Assembly: GCA_046290465.1 (NCBI GenBank) | Contig: JBKAGP010000001.1 | Coordinates: 640,001-704,000 of the forward strand | DNA: 64,000 nucleotides | Direction: 5' to 3' | Origin: Planctomycetota bacterium | Lineage (GTDB): Bacteria; Planctomycetota; UBA1135; UBA2386 | Part shown: positions 1-10,311 of the stretch, in pieces | Numbering within the stretch: position 1 is the first letter of the stretch | How the letters are laid out: each line of letters opens with the position of its first letter | Notes under the pieces: generated by a model | What the model saw: only the letters and a program-made list of their open reading frames with translations | Told to the model about the DNA's origin: nothing | Databases searched by the model: none | Program-made: the position numbers and the translations under genes

Positions 1-319
1 TCTTGCGCGGCGCCAGGATCGGCAGCAGGACGCAGCACGACGCCATCGCGATCGCGAACTTCTTGTGCAGGCCGAGTACCTCGGAGTCGACCTTCTCGGC
101 GGCGAGCACCCAGCCCGAACCGAACGCGGCGGCGGCGGTCAGCGCCGTCATCACCGCGAGCGTCAGCAGCGCACCCTTGGGGATGTTGCGTCGGAAGATC
201 GCGGCGCCGAACTCGAGCACCGCCATCGCCGGGATCAGCCCGATCGGCAGGTGCAGCAGCACGATGTGGAAGCGGCCGAACACTTCCAGCCAGACGGACG
301 AATCGACTTGGAGAACCAT
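1..319 (-). CDS. N-terminal part of a membrane protein (DUF2231-like, typical of planctomycete cytochrome c loci); runs off the window edge
   Basis: My translation from ATG at 319 is MVLQVDSSVWLEVFGRFHIVLLHLPIGLIPAMAVLEF..., with a GRFH..LLHLPIG motif and hydrophobic helices. It lies 13 bp downstream of the DUF1501 gene and is not in the ORF track. Confidence 0.7.
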   Translation of the reverse strand, partial: MVLQVDSSVWLEVFGRFHIVLLHLPIGLIPAMAVLEFGAAIFRRNIPKGALLTLAVMTALTAAAAFGSGWVLAAEKVDSEVLGLHKKFAIAMASCCVLLPILAPRK

Positions 320-332
320 CGCGGGGCTCGTT

Positions 333-1793
333 CTACGCAATCAGCTCGGGAACGACACGTCCGAAAACGTCGGTCAGGCGGTAGTCGCGCCCCTGGTGGC
401 GGTAGGTCAGGCGTTCGTGGTCGAAGCCGAGCAGGTGCAGCAGCGTCGCGTGCAGGTCGTGCACGCTGACCGGATCGCGCACGATGTTGTAGCCGAAGTC
501 GTCGGTCTCGCCGTGCACGTGGCCGCGGTTGACGCCGCCGCCGGCCATCCACATCGTGAAGCAGCGCGGGTGGTGGTCGCGACCGTAGTTGGTCTTGCTG
601 AGGCCGCCCTGGCTGTAGACCGTGCGGCCGAACTCGCCGCCCCAGACCACCAGCGTGTCGTCCAGCAGGCCGCGCCGGCGCAGGTCGGTCAGCAGCGCGG
701 CGATCGGGCGGTCGACGGCCTTGCACTGCTTGCGGATCTCGCTCGGCAGGTTGCCGTGCGCGTCCCAGCCGCGCATGTAGAGCTGCACGAAGCGCACGCC
801 GCGCTCGTTGAGTCGGCGCGCCATCAGGCAGCTCTGCGCGAACGTGCCCGGCTTCTGCGCCTCGTCGCCGTACAGGTCCCAGGTCGCCTGGTCCTCGTCG
901 GCGAGGTCGACCAGTTCGGGCACCGAGGCCTGCATCCGGAAGGCCATCTCCTGCTGCGCGATGCGCGCGTCGATCTCGGCGTCGCCCGTGCGCGCGCGCT
1001 CCTGCTCGGCGAACGCGTGGACCAGGTCGAGCATGCGGCGACGGTCCTGGCGGGTCACGCCGGGCGGGTCGCTGAGGTAGAGCACCGGGTCGCCGCTGCT
1101 GCGCAGCTTGCAGCCCTGGTGCTCGCTCGGCAGGAAGCCGTTGCCCCAGAAGCGCGCCGCCAGCGCCTGCATGTTGCCGAAGCCCTGGGTGATCATCACC
1201 ACGAACGTCGGCAGGTCCTTGTTGTCGCTGCCGAGGCCGTAGCTCGCCCACGAGCCGAAGCTCGGCCGGCCGGGCTGCTGGTTGCCGGTCTGCGCGAACG
1301 TGATCGCCGGCTCGTGGTTGATCGCCTCGGTGTGCATCGAGCGCACCACGCACAGCTCGTCGGCGACGCGGCCGAGGTGCGGCATCAGTTCGCTGATGTA
1401 GACGCCGTCGCCGCCGTTGTCGTGCTTGTCGAAGCGGAACAGCGACGGCGCGACCGGGAACCGCTTCTGGCCCGAGGTCATGCCGGTCAGGCGCTGGCCG
1501 TTGCGGATCGAGTCGGGCAGGTCGGTGTCGTAGAGGCGATGCAGGTCCGGCTTGTGGTCGAACAGGTCGAGGTGGCTCGGGCCGCCCTCCATGTGCAGGT
1601 AGATGACGCGGCGCGCCTTCGGTGCGAAGTGCGGCCCGTCGCCGTCGCCGATCGGCCGCGGCGGCCGGCCGAGGCTCGAGGCGAGCGCGGTCGAACCGAG
1701 CATGCCGGTCAGGCCGGTGGCGGCCGCTCCCTGGAAGAAGCGGCGCCGCGACAGGGACATCAGGTGGTCCCGGAGGAGGTCTTGGTCGGCCAT
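333..1793 (-). CDS. DUF1501 domain protein (sulfatase-like fold), Tat-exported
   Basis: SRRRFF twin-arginine leader and motifs GGPSHLDLFD, GWDAH, WGGEFGRT, GRDHHP, HDLHATLLHLLG, RLTDV. Confidence 0.93.
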   Translation of the reverse strand: MADQDLLRDHLMSLSRRRFFQGAAATGLTGMLGSTALASSLGRPPRPIGDGDGPHFAPKARRVIYLHMEGGPSHLDLFDHKPDLHRLYDTDLPDSIRNGQRLTGMTSGQKRFPVAPSLFRFDKHDNGGDGVYISELMPHLGRVADELCVVRSMHTEAINHEPAITFAQTGNQQPGRPSFGSWASYGLGSDNKDLPTFVVMITQGFGNMQALAARFWGNGFLPSEHQGCKLRSSGDPVLYLSDPPGVTRQDRRRMLDLVHAFAEQERARTGDAEIDARIAQQEMAFRMQASVPELVDLADEDQATWDLYGDEAQKPGTFAQSCLMARRLNERGVRFVQLYMRGWDAHGNLPSEIRKQCKAVDRPIAALLTDLRRRGLLDDTLVVWGGEFGRTVYSQGGLSKTNYGRDHHPRCFTMWMAGGGVNRGHVHGETDDFGYNIVRDPVSVHDLHATLLHLLGFDHERLTYRHQGRDYRLTDVFGRVVPELIA

Positions 1794-1797
1794 CGGT

Positions 1798-4700
1798 TCA
1801 GTCGATGTAGAGGGTCGCGTCGAGGTCGAGGAAGGCGCTGGCCAGCACCGTGAACGCGGCCAGCCGCGCCGCGTCGAGCTCGCCGTCGACGGGCTTCTCG
1901 CCGACCGCCAGCAGCTTGCCGGCGCCGTCGGGATCCTGCTGGTAGCGGCGCTGCAGCTGCCGCAGCGTCTCGCGCGCCATCTGCAGCTGCTCGCCGCGCA
2001 GCGTGCGGCCGGTGGTGCGGCGGTACATGTCGACGAGGCGCGCCTCGTCGTCGGGCGCCGCCCGCATCGATCGGCTCGCCAGTTCGCGGGCGGCCTCGAC
2101 GAACTGCTCGTCGTTCCACAGGACCAACGCCTGCAGCGGCGTGTTGGTGGTCGAGCGCCGGATGGTGCAGAACTCGCGCGTCGGCGCGTCGAACGTCAAC
2201 AGGCTCGGCGGCGGACAGGCGCGCTTCCAGTAGGTGTAGAGGCTGCGGCGCCACAGCGCGTCGCCGTCGTCGCGCTCGAAGATGCGCGTGTTGGACTGCA
2301 GCATCGCGACCTCGCGCCACAGGCCCTGCGGTTGGTACGGCTTGACGCTCGGGCCCCCGGTGCGCTCGACCAGCAGGCCGCCGACGTAGAGCGCCTGGTC
2401 GCGGATCGCCTCGGCGGTCAGGCGTCGCCGCGGGAACCAGCCGAGCAGCCGGTTGTCGGGATCGCGGCCGACGTCGCCGACGCGGCTGCGCTGCCGGAAC
2501 GTCTCGCTGGTGACCATCAGACGCAGCATCTGGCGCACGCTGTGGCCACGGTCGGCGAACTCGAGCGCCAGCCAGTCGAGCAGCTCCGGGTGGCTCGGCC
2601 ACTCGCCCTGCATGCCGAAGTCCTCGCTGGTGCGCACGATCCCGGTGCCGAACACGAACTCCCAGTAGCGGTTGATCGCGACCCGGCGCAGCAGCGGGTT
2701 GTTGTCGGAGACCAGCCAGCGGGCCAGGCCGAGCCGGTTCTTCGGCAGGTCGGCCGGCAGCGGGCCGAACACCTTCGGCAGCTCGCGGATGACCGGGCGC
2801 TGCGGGTCGGCCTTGTCGTACTCGCCGCGCATCAGCACGAACGTCGGCCGCTGCTCGCCGCGCTCCTGCATGACCATCGCCATCGGCACCGACGCCTCGA
2901 GGGCCTCGGCCTGCTGCTGCAGTTCGGCCAGACGTGCGGTGCGCTCGAGGTAGACCGGCGAGCGCTTGCTGCGGTAGGCGTGCAGCAGCTTCTGCTGCCG
3001 TTCGGGGTCGCCGAGCACGTCGGGCACCATCGCCAGGAACAGGTCGTCGCGCAGCTCGCGTTCGCCGGCGACGGTCTGCAGCGCGAAGCCGCCGGCCCCG
3101 CCGGTGTTGACGATCTTGAGCACGACGAAGTGGGCGCCCGCCGTCAGCGTGGCCTTGGCGCGGTCCTGGTCGAGGCGCACGCCGCGCGCGACGCGGCGCT
3201 GCCCGACCAGCTTGCCGTCGACGTAGAGCTGGAAGCCGTCGTCGCTGCCGAGCTGGAACTCGACCTCGCGGCGCGACGGCACCCAGATGCGCTGGCCGAC
3301 GTAGACCGCGTTGACGCCGTTGTTCAGCAGGTTGGTACGGTCGCGGCCGAAGTTCTCCCGGTAGCTCCAGCCCTTGGTCGCCGTCTTCGCGCCTTTGGAC
3401 TTCGCGTGCTGGAAGCGGGCGTCGCGCTCGAACGACGTCGCCAGCTCGGGACCGAACGCGGTCTCGTAGAGCTTTTGCGCGTTCTTGCTCGAGAACGGTC
3501 CGCACGTGTAGTAGCCGCTGGTCCACAGCGGCAGTGCGTGCATGCCGGCGTCGCTGGCGCGGCTGGTGGCGAACCGCACCCGGCCGAAGACGTGCTGGCG
3601 GTAGCGGCTGTCGTACTTGAGGGTGACCCGCAGCTCGGTGCCGCCCTCGAACCCGAACGGCTCGCCGGCGAGGAACCACGCGGTGCGCGGCCCGGTCTGC
3701 TGGTGGCCGGCCGGGGCCCAGCCGATGCCGTCGTCGACCAGCGCGTTGCCGACGCCGAAGTCGCCGTTCTGCTGCTCGATGTCGGCGAGCGCGTAGATCA
3801 GCGGCACCTCGCGCCACGCTGCTTCGCCGTCGCCGCTGCCCTGCAGCGGGCGCGCCTCGAGGCGCAGGTGCTGGAGCACGGTGTTGCCGTGGCTGGCGCG
3901 GCTGGTGCGAGCCTGCGGCAGCGACGCATCCGGCAGGGCCTCGAGGCACAGCCAGCGTTGTGCGGTCGCGTGCGTGCGCAGTTCGTAACGCTGCACGTCG
4001 CGGTCGGGGTTGTCGCCGCTGCCGAGCACCGAGCCGTCGTCGAGCACGGTCAGCGTCGCCCCGCCGGACGAATGCGCGGCTTCGACCCGCGGGCGCGTCC
4101 AGTGCAGCGAGAGTTCGCCGCCGACGCGGGCCAGGAACTCGCCGTAGTTGCGCCGTTCGTCGGGATCGATCTGGTCGCGCAGCGCGCGCGCCGCCTCGAT
4201 CTGCGCCGACAGTTCGCCGCGCCGCTGGTGCTGCGCGTCGGTCGGCACCGACAGGTTGGGTTCGAGCGCGCGGTTGGGGTTGTTGCGCGCCTGGCTGTAG
4301 AGGCCCGGCTCCTCGTTGTTGTTGAAGAACGAGAACAGCTGGTAGTAGTCCTGCTGCGAGATCGGGTCGTACTTGTGGTCGTGGCAGCGCGCGCAGCCGA
4401 GCGTCAGGCCCATCAGCACGCTGCCGACGGTCGCGGTGCGTTCGGCCGCGTACTCGACCAGGTACTCGGCGTTGATCGCGCCGCCCTCGTCGGTGGTGAC
4501 GTGGTTGCGCAGGAAGCCGGTGGCGACCTTCTGCTGGTCGGTCGCGTCCGGCAACAGGTCCCCGGCGAGCTGCTCGACGACGAACGCGTCGAACGGCTTG
4601 TCGTCGCGGATCGCCTGGATCAGCCAGTCGCGCCACAGCCAGGCCTGGCGACCGGCGTCCATGTGGATGCCGCTGGTGTCGGCGTAGCGGCCGGCATCGA

Positions 4701-5394
4701 GCCAGATCGAGGCCAGGTGCTCGGCGTGGCGGGTCGCATACGGCTCCTCGGTCAGCAGCCGGTCGACCAGCCGTTCGTAGCGGTCGCTGCGCGCGTCGTC
4801 GAGGTAGGCCTGCAGCTCCCGCGGCGTCGGCGGCAGCCCGGTCAGGACCAGGAACAGGCGCCGGCACAGGGTCGCAGGGGCGGCGGCGGGGCTGGGCTCG
4901 GCGCCGACGCGCTGCAGCTGCTGCCGCACGAATGCGTCGATCGGGTGGCCGGCGCCGTTCTGTGGCACCGGCTGCGGCTTCGGCGGCTCGAACGCCCAGT
5001 GGCCCTCGTAGGCGGCACCCTCGCGGATCCACTGCGCGAACCTCTCGATCTCGGCCGGCTGTAGCGCCGGCTTGTTGGACGACGGCGGCGGCATGCGCTC
5101 CTGGTCGTCGTGGCTGCGGATGCGCTCCATCAGCAGGCTGCGTTCCGGATCCCCGGGCACGATCGCCGCGGCCCCGTCGCCGAGGTCGGCGATCGCGAAG
5201 CGGCGCTCGTCGAGACGCAGGTCGGCCGCGCGTTCGTTGGCATCGGGGCCGTGGCAGCGGAAGCAGCGATCCGACAGCAGCGGACGGATGTCGCGGCCGT
5301 AGCGGATGGTCTTTTCGACGGGCGCCTGGGCGAGCAGCGCCACACAGGCGGACAGCGCGCCGAGCAGGCGCGGGAGGAGTCTTCTGGGTGCCAT
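1798..5394 (-). CDS. Planctomycete cytochrome c / DUF1549 (PSCyt2) / DUF1553 (PSD1) protein with a PA14-like insert
   Basis: Signal peptide, CFRCHG and CARCHDHKYDP heme motifs, HPIDAF, WLDAGRYADT, PSHPELLDWLA, TNTPLQAL, and an LGSDDG PA14-like motif. Canonical pairing with DUF1501. Confidence 0.93.
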   Translation of the reverse strand: MAPRRLLPRLLGALSACVALLAQAPVEKTIRYGRDIRPLLSDRCFRCHGPDANERAADLRLDERRFAIADLGDGAAAIVPGDPERSLLMERIRSHDDQERMPPPSSNKPALQPAEIERFAQWIREGAAYEGHWAFEPPKPQPVPQNGAGHPIDAFVRQQLQRVGAEPSPAAAPATLCRRLFLVLTGLPPTPRELQAYLDDARSDRYERLVDRLLTEEPYATRHAEHLASIWLDAGRYADTSGIHMDAGRQAWLWRDWLIQAIRDDKPFDAFVVEQLAGDLLPDATDQQKVATGFLRNHVTTDEGGAINAEYLVEYAAERTATVGSVLMGLTLGCARCHDHKYDPISQQDYYQLFSFFNNNEEPGLYSQARNNPNRALEPNLSVPTDAQHQRRGELSAQIEAARALRDQIDPDERRNYGEFLARVGGELSLHWTRPRVEAAHSSGGATLTVLDDGSVLGSGDNPDRDVQRYELRTHATAQRWLCLEALPDASLPQARTSRASHGNTVLQHLRLEARPLQGSGDGEAAWREVPLIYALADIEQQNGDFGVGNALVDDGIGWAPAGHQQTGPRTAWFLAGEPFGFEGGTELRVTLKYDSRYRQHVFGRVRFATSRASDAGMHALPLWTSGYYTCGPFSSKNAQKLYETAFGPELATSFERDARFQHAKSKGAKTATKGWSYRENFGRDRTNLLNNGVNAVYVGQRIWVPSRREVEFQLGSDDGFQLYVDGKLVGQRRVARGVRLDQDRAKATLTAGAHFVVLKIVNTGGAGGFALQTVAGERELRDDLFLAMVPDVLGDPERQQKLLHAYRSKRSPVYLERTARLAELQQQAEALEASVPMAMVMQERGEQRPTFVLMRGEYDKADPQRPVIRELPKVFGPLPADLPKNRLGLARWLVSDNNPLLRRVAINRYWEFVFGTGIVRTSEDFGMQGEWPSHPELLDWLALEFADRGHSVRQMLRLMVTSETFRQRSRVGDVGRDPDNRLLGWFPRRRLTAEAIRDQALYVGGLLVERTGGPSVKPYQPQGLWREVAMLQSNTRIFERDDGDALWRRSLYTYWKRACPPPSLLTFDAPTREFCTIRRSTTNTPLQALVLWNDEQFVEAARELASRSMRAAPDDEARLVDMYRRTTGRTLRGEQLQMARETLRQLQRRYQQDPDGAGKLLAVGEKPVDGELDAARLAAFTVLASAFLDLDATLYID

Positions 5395-5593
5395 CGAGAT
5401 CGAGGGACGGAGGGGTTCGCATTGTGGCGCATGCTTGCCATGCTGTCACGCCGCACGATGCCCCGTTTGCACGCAGCCGAAACGGGGTAACCTGTTGTCG
5501 GCGGCGTTCGTCCCGGAGGACCTTGGCGTTGCCGCACCTGACGTGACCAGTCCTTCTGTCGTGACCACGCAGCCGGCCGACGGCACCGGTCGG

Positions 5594-6541
5594 ATGCGCC
5601 TGCTGCACCGCCTGCTGACCCCGTACGTGCGGCGTGAGCTGCCGGCTTGGGGACGGCTCTACCGCTGGCTGGGCGGCGAGCAGGACGACCGCTTCTCCGA
5701 CAGCGGCTTCGGCGTCGTTCGCGGCAAGGTGCACGGCTTCGAGATGACGCTCGACCTCGGCAACTGGTCGGAGCGGCTGACGTGGTTCCTCGGCCGCTAC
5801 CACGACCTGCCGCTGCAGCAGATGCTGCAGCGCGTGCTGCGGCCCGGGGATCGCTTCGTCGACATCGGCGCCAACCTCGGCATGCTATCGCTGGTCGCTG
5901 CGGCGGCGGTCGGCGAGACCGGCTCGGTGCTCGCGTGCGAGCCCAATCCGCGCATGGTCGAACGTCTGCGTCAGACCCTCGAACGCAACCGGCTGCAGAC
6001 GGTCGAACTGCTGCACACCGCGGTCAGCGACGCGCCGGGCACCGCGGAGCTGCGCGAGTTCGCCGGCCACGCCGGCTGGGGTTCGCTGAGCGCCCAGGGG
6101 CCTGACGGCGCGGCGGCGACGGCGAGCTACCAGGTGGCGTGCCGGGTCGGCGACGATCTGCTGTCGGCGGACGACCCGCAGCAGCCGCTGGTGATCAAGG
6201 TCGACGTCGAGGGGCACGAGGTGCCGGTGCTGCGCGGCCTGCGGCAGACGCTCGCGGCGCGCCTGCCGCTGGTGTTCGTCGAGGTCGTCGACGAGCACCA
6301 GCGCCGCGCCGGCTTCAGCGCCGGCGAGCTTCGCGACGAACTCGAACGGCTCGGCTACCGCGGCTTCGTGCTCGACGCGCAGCGTCGTTGGCTGCGCCAC
6401 GACGTGACGCTGCGGCCGCTGCAGGCGCGCGAGCCGCACGAGGTCGACGTGCTGTTCGTGCCGCCGCGCGGCGCGCTGCGCGAGCGCGTCGCGGCGCTGC
6501 TGGACGCCGGCGCGGGTGGCTGGCCAGACCAGACGGGATGA
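5594..6541 (+). CDS. FkbM-family SAM-dependent methyltransferase
   Basis: FVDIGANLG, ACEPNP and IKVDVEGHE motifs. The start could also be GTG at 5561. Confidence 0.9.
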   Translation: MRLLHRLLTPYVRRELPAWGRLYRWLGGEQDDRFSDSGFGVVRGKVHGFEMTLDLGNWSERLTWFLGRYHDLPLQQMLQRVLRPGDRFVDIGANLGMLSLVAAAAVGETGSVLACEPNPRMVERLRQTLERNRLQTVELLHTAVSDAPGTAELREFAGHAGWGSLSAQGPDGAAATASYQVACRVGDDLLSADDPQQPLVIKVDVEGHEVPVLRGLRQTLAARLPLVFVEVVDEHQRRAGFSAGELRDELERLGYRGFVLDAQRRWLRHDVTLRPLQAREPHEVDVLFVPPRGALRERVAALLDAGAGGWPDQTG

Positions 6542-6570
6542 GCCAGACGAGATGAGCCAGATGAGATGAG
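6529..6570. repeat. Three tandem 14-bp units (ccagaYgRgatgag)
   Basis: ccagacgggatgag / ccagacgagatgag / ccagatgagatgag, overlapping the FkbM stop codon between convergent genes. Confidence 0.8.
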
Positions 6571-6599
6571 AACGGCCCCAGCCCTGGCAGGCCCCGCGA

Positions 6600-7976
6600 C
6601 TAGAACGCGTTGCCGAACGCGATCGTGAAGTTGCTGCCCTCGTCGCCGTAGCCGACGTCGACGCGGAACACCGCTTCGCGCGAGAACGCGAACCGGAGGC
6701 CGAAGCCGTAGCTGTCGAGGTAGCGGCCGTCGTCGAGGCCGTCCCAGTCGCTGGCGACGGTGCCGCCGTCGTAGAACAGCGCGACGCCGATGCGTTCGAT
6801 CCGGATCGTGTCGGTGAACGCCACGCCGCGCTCGATGATGTTGACGCGGTACTCGGCGGTGAAGTGCGCCGCCGCGCGGTCGGTGAAGCGGTTCTGGATG
6901 TAGCCGCGCAGCGTACGCGAGCCGCCGAGGTTCGGCAGGCTGTAGAACGGCAGTTCGCCGACGGTGTCCTGCACGAAGCAGCCGAACGCGAGCACGTCGG
7001 TGGGCGGGTTCTCCTCGCGGCCGCTGGCGCCGCGATGGAACAGCGGCGGCACGGCGAACACCTTCTGCGCGTCGAGACTGACGATCGACCCCCACTCGCC
7101 GCCGCTCTGCCACGCGGTCGCCGCCGAGATGCCGATCCGTTCGCCGCGGTAGGCTTGGGCCAGGCTGTCGCGCGTGTCCCACGCCAGCCGCGTCGTCAGC
7201 CACAGCTGGTCGACGCCGTCGCCGTCGACGAACGCGTCCTGGAACGCCGGCAGGAACTGGTTGGTGCTCGGCACCGTCGAGACCCGGCCGGTCGACAGGC
7301 CGTGGTGCTGCGCGTCGAGGTCGACGCGGGCGAGCCAGTCGCTGCCCTCGTCCGGGATCGGCAGGCGCACGCCGACGCCGAGGTCGCTCAGCTCCTCGGT
7401 GTAGCTGGTCTCGTTGGTCTCGGGCGTGCGGCTGCCGATGCCGAAGAAGCGGCGCGTCAGCGTCTTCGAGTAGCCGCCGCGGCCGTAGATGCGGCCGCGT
7501 TCCTCGCGGATGATGCCGCCGTTGGGCATCGAGCGGTGGTTGAGCCAGCGCGACCAGTTGATCCGGTAGGTCTGCTGGCCCTCCGCCGAGTAGGTCGCAA
7601 CGATGTTCGCGAACTGGCGGAAGTTGTCGTTGAGGAAGTCGATGTCGGTCAGTGCCAGGCCGCCGCCGAAGCCGATGTCCTCCTCGCGGAACACGATCGG
7701 GCTCAGGAACGAGCTGACCCAGAAGCGGTCGATCAGGCCGCCGGGCTTGATCCGGGCCGGCGGCGTGTAGCGCCAGCGTTCGGGCCGTTCGAGGTCGTCG
7801 GGGAACTTCGGCTTCGGGATGCGGCCGCTGAAGTCCATGCCGCGGTACGGGTCGTACGGCTCGGGGCCCTGCACCGGATTCTGCGGGTCCTGCGGCAGCG
7901 GGTCGGCCGGCGCGCCGACCGACTGTTGGGCCAGGGCCAGCGTGGTCGAGAGCAGGACGGCCGCAGGGATACGCAC
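6600..7976 (-). CDS. Omp85/BamA-TamA family outer-membrane beta-barrel (surface antigen domain)
   Basis: Signal-like N-terminus from GTG 7976, LGGSRTLRGY loop motif, EYR, SYGFGLRF, FRVDVGYG and terminal Phe (FGNAF). Start is uncertain. Confidence 0.82.
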   Translation of the reverse strand: MRIPAAVLLSTTLALAQQSVGAPADPLPQDPQNPVQGPEPYDPYRGMDFSGRIPKPKFPDDLERPERWRYTPPARIKPGGLIDRFWVSSFLSPIVFREEDIGFGGGLALTDIDFLNDNFRQFANIVATYSAEGQQTYRINWSRWLNHRSMPNGGIIREERGRIYGRGGYSKTLTRRFFGIGSRTPETNETSYTEELSDLGVGVRLPIPDEGSDWLARVDLDAQHHGLSTGRVSTVPSTNQFLPAFQDAFVDGDGVDQLWLTTRLAWDTRDSLAQAYRGERIGISAATAWQSGGEWGSIVSLDAQKVFAVPPLFHRGASGREENPPTDVLAFGCFVQDTVGELPFYSLPNLGGSRTLRGYIQNRFTDRAAAHFTAEYRVNIIERGVAFTDTIRIERIGVALFYDGGTVASDWDGLDDGRYLDSYGFGLRFAFSREAVFRVDVGYGDEGSNFTIAFGNAF

Positions 7977-8040
7977 GCGGTGAGTGTCGCGATCGGCGCG
8001 GCTCGCGCAATGCTCAGGTGGCGCGCTATCGTGGGCCGAC

Positions 8041-10032
8041 ATGAGGCGAACGCTGCGAGTCGGACTGTGTGGCATCTGGGTCGCGGGCGTGCTGTCGGCG
8101 CAGGTCGATGCGCCGCGGCCAGCCGTGGCCGAGCGGGCGGCGCCGCGCTGGGATCTCGAACACATGTTCTGGCGGTTGTTCACGCTGCACTGGATCTGGC
8201 AGCCGCCGGTCGAGGGCGAGCGCTGCGTGCAGTTCAGCAGCTACGACCGCCGCAGTGACCGCGGTGCGGCCGCGGGCGCCAGCTGGTACGCCAACCAGGA
8301 TCGCGGCCACTACCTGCGCGTCGTCGACGGTGCCAACGGCAAGGAGCACGTGATGGTCGACGTCGAGGGGCCGGGGTGCCTGGCGCGGCTCTGGTCGGCC
8401 AACCCCGAGGGCACGCTGCACTTCGACATCGACGGCGAACGGGTCTGGAGCGTCGACTTCGCCGCGCTGTGTACTGGGCGAGCCGGCGTGCCGGAGCCGC
8501 TCGCGGCGATGCGTTCGCGCGGCGGCAACGTCTACCTGCCGGTGCTGTTCGGCGAGCGGCTGGTGGTGTCGGCCACCGCGGCGGATCTGTACTACCTCGC
8601 CGACGTGGCGCTGGCGCCGCCCGGCACCGAGGTCGAGCCGTTCCGGCCCGAGCAGCTCGAAGGCAAGCGCTCGCGGATGGCGCGCGTGCTGTCGGAGGCG
8701 GCGTTCTGCGGTGGCTGGGTGCGCGAGGTGCCCGAGACGATTCCGGCCGGTCACCTCGTCGACGAACTGTACCTGCGCGTCGAGCGCGACGAGGGCGTTG
8801 AGGTCGCCGAGGTGCTGCGACGCACGCGGCTGCAGGTCACCTGCGGCGACGAACGGCTGGTCGACGTGCCGGTGACCGCGTTCTTCGGCGGCGGTCCCGA
8901 CTGGAAGCCGTGGGCGGGGCGCTGGCTCGGTGTCACCGACGACGGCGACGCCTACTGCAAGCTGCCGATGCCGTTCCCGCGCGACGGCTCGATCCGGCTG
9001 CACACCGAGGGCGCGCGCGAGGGCGTGCGGCTGTCGCTCGGCTGCCAGCTGCCCCGCTCGCAGATGCCCGAGCAGCCGCTGCTGTTCCGTGCCGGCTACC
9101 ACGTGGTCAAGGCGCAGCCGACGCGGCCGTTCTCGGACCATGTGGTGCTCGATGCGACCGGCAAGGGACGCTTCGTCGGCTGTTCGCTGCTGGTGCGCAA
9201 CCCGTCGCGGATCTGGTGGGGCGAAGGCGACGAGAAGTTCCTGGTCGACGGCGAGGCGTTCCCGTCGTGGTTCGGCACCGGCACCGAGGACTACTTCGGC
9301 TATGCGTGGTGCGACCCGACGCCGTTCGTGGCGCCGCTGCACGCGCAGGTGCAGTGCGAAGGGCCGAACAACTACGGCTTCACCCAGCTGCACCGCACCC
9401 ACGTGCTCGACAGCGTGCCGTTCCAGCGCTCGTTCCGGTTCGACCTGGAGCGCTGGCACTGGGTCGAGGACCTCGAGGTCGACTACGAGACGGTCGCCTA
9501 CTGGTACGGCGCCGCAGGTGCCGGGTCGGGACTGCCGGCGGTGCCGCCGTTCCCGGAGCGCCGACTCGAACGGCTGCCACCGCCGAAGATGCTGGTCGTC
9601 GACGGCGCGCTGGAGGGCGAGGGGCTGCGCGTGATCTCGTGCTCGGGCGGCACCCACGAGGTGCAGAACCTGGCCTTCTTCGAGGGCCGCTTCTCGCGGG
9701 ACGCGCACCGCTGGTGGCGCGACGGCAAGGTCGGCGACGCGCTGGTGCTCGGCGTGCCGGTGCCGGCATCGGGCCGCTATCGGATCACGGTGGGGATGAC
9801 CCGCGCGGACGACTTCGCGCGGGTGCAGCTGTCGATCGGCGACACGCTGCTGGGCGAGCCGTTCGACGGCTATGCGGCGCAGGTCGAGCCGAGCGGGCGG
9901 TTGGTGGCCGGCGTCGTCGATCTCGAGGCGGGCGAGCAGCCGCTGCGCCTGCGGCTCGTCGGCAAGAACCCCAAGGCCAAGGACCGCATGATGGTCGGCC
10001 TCGACTACCTGCTGCTGGAGAAGGTGCGATGA
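8041..10032 (+). CDS. DUF2961 / GH172-like glycoside hydrolase, secreted
   Basis: Signal peptide, FSSYDR, GPGCLARLW, WWGEGDEKFLVDGE, FGTGTEDYFGYAW. Confidence 0.85.
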   Translation: MRRTLRVGLCGIWVAGVLSAQVDAPRPAVAERAAPRWDLEHMFWRLFTLHWIWQPPVEGERCVQFSSYDRRSDRGAAAGASWYANQDRGHYLRVVDGANGKEHVMVDVEGPGCLARLWSANPEGTLHFDIDGERVWSVDFAALCTGRAGVPEPLAAMRSRGGNVYLPVLFGERLVVSATAADLYYLADVALAPPGTEVEPFRPEQLEGKRSRMARVLSEAAFCGGWVREVPETIPAGHLVDELYLRVERDEGVEVAEVLRRTRLQVTCGDERLVDVPVTAFFGGGPDWKPWAGRWLGVTDDGDAYCKLPMPFPRDGSIRLHTEGAREGVRLSLGCQLPRSQMPEQPLLFRAGYHVVKAQPTRPFSDHVVLDATGKGRFVGCSLLVRNPSRIWWGEGDEKFLVDGEAFPSWFGTGTEDYFGYAWCDPTPFVAPLHAQVQCEGPNNYGFTQLHRTHVLDSVPFQRSFRFDLERWHWVEDLEVDYETVAYWYGAAGAGSGLPAVPPFPERRLERLPPPKMLVVDGALEGEGLRVISCSGGTHEVQNLAFFEGRFSRDAHRWWRDGKVGDALVLGVPVPASGRYRITVGMTRADDFARVQLSIGDTLLGEPFDGYAAQVEPSGRLVAGVVDLEAGEQPLRLRLVGKNPKAKDRMMVGLDYLLLEKVR

Positions 10033-10292
10033 GCCGCAAGCGCGAGTTCTTCGAGTGCCCCAACTGCGGCGCCGACGTCGCGGTCGGGGCCAAGGCGTGC
10101 CGCGAGTGCGGCAGCGACGACACGACCGGTTGGCAGTCGAGCGAGGAGATCGACTACCACAGCATCGACATCCCCGACGGCTACGGCCCCGAGAACGAAC
10201 TCGAGCACGGCCGCGGCCGATCGTGGTTGGTCCCGATCGTCGCGGCTGTGCTCGCGGTGGCGATGGCGGCGTGGGCGCTGCGGCTGTTCTGA
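10029..10292 (+). CDS. Small zinc-ribbon protein with C-terminal TM helix
   Basis: ATGA overlap with the upstream gene, CPNCG..CRECGSD and a hydrophobic C-terminus. Confidence 0.8.
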   Translation: MSRKREFFECPNCGADVAVGAKACRECGSDDTTGWQSSEEIDYHSIDIPDGYGPENELEHGRGRSWLVPIVAAVLAVAMAAWALRLF

Positions 10293-10311
10293 GCCGCGGC
10301 GCCGGCGGCGG

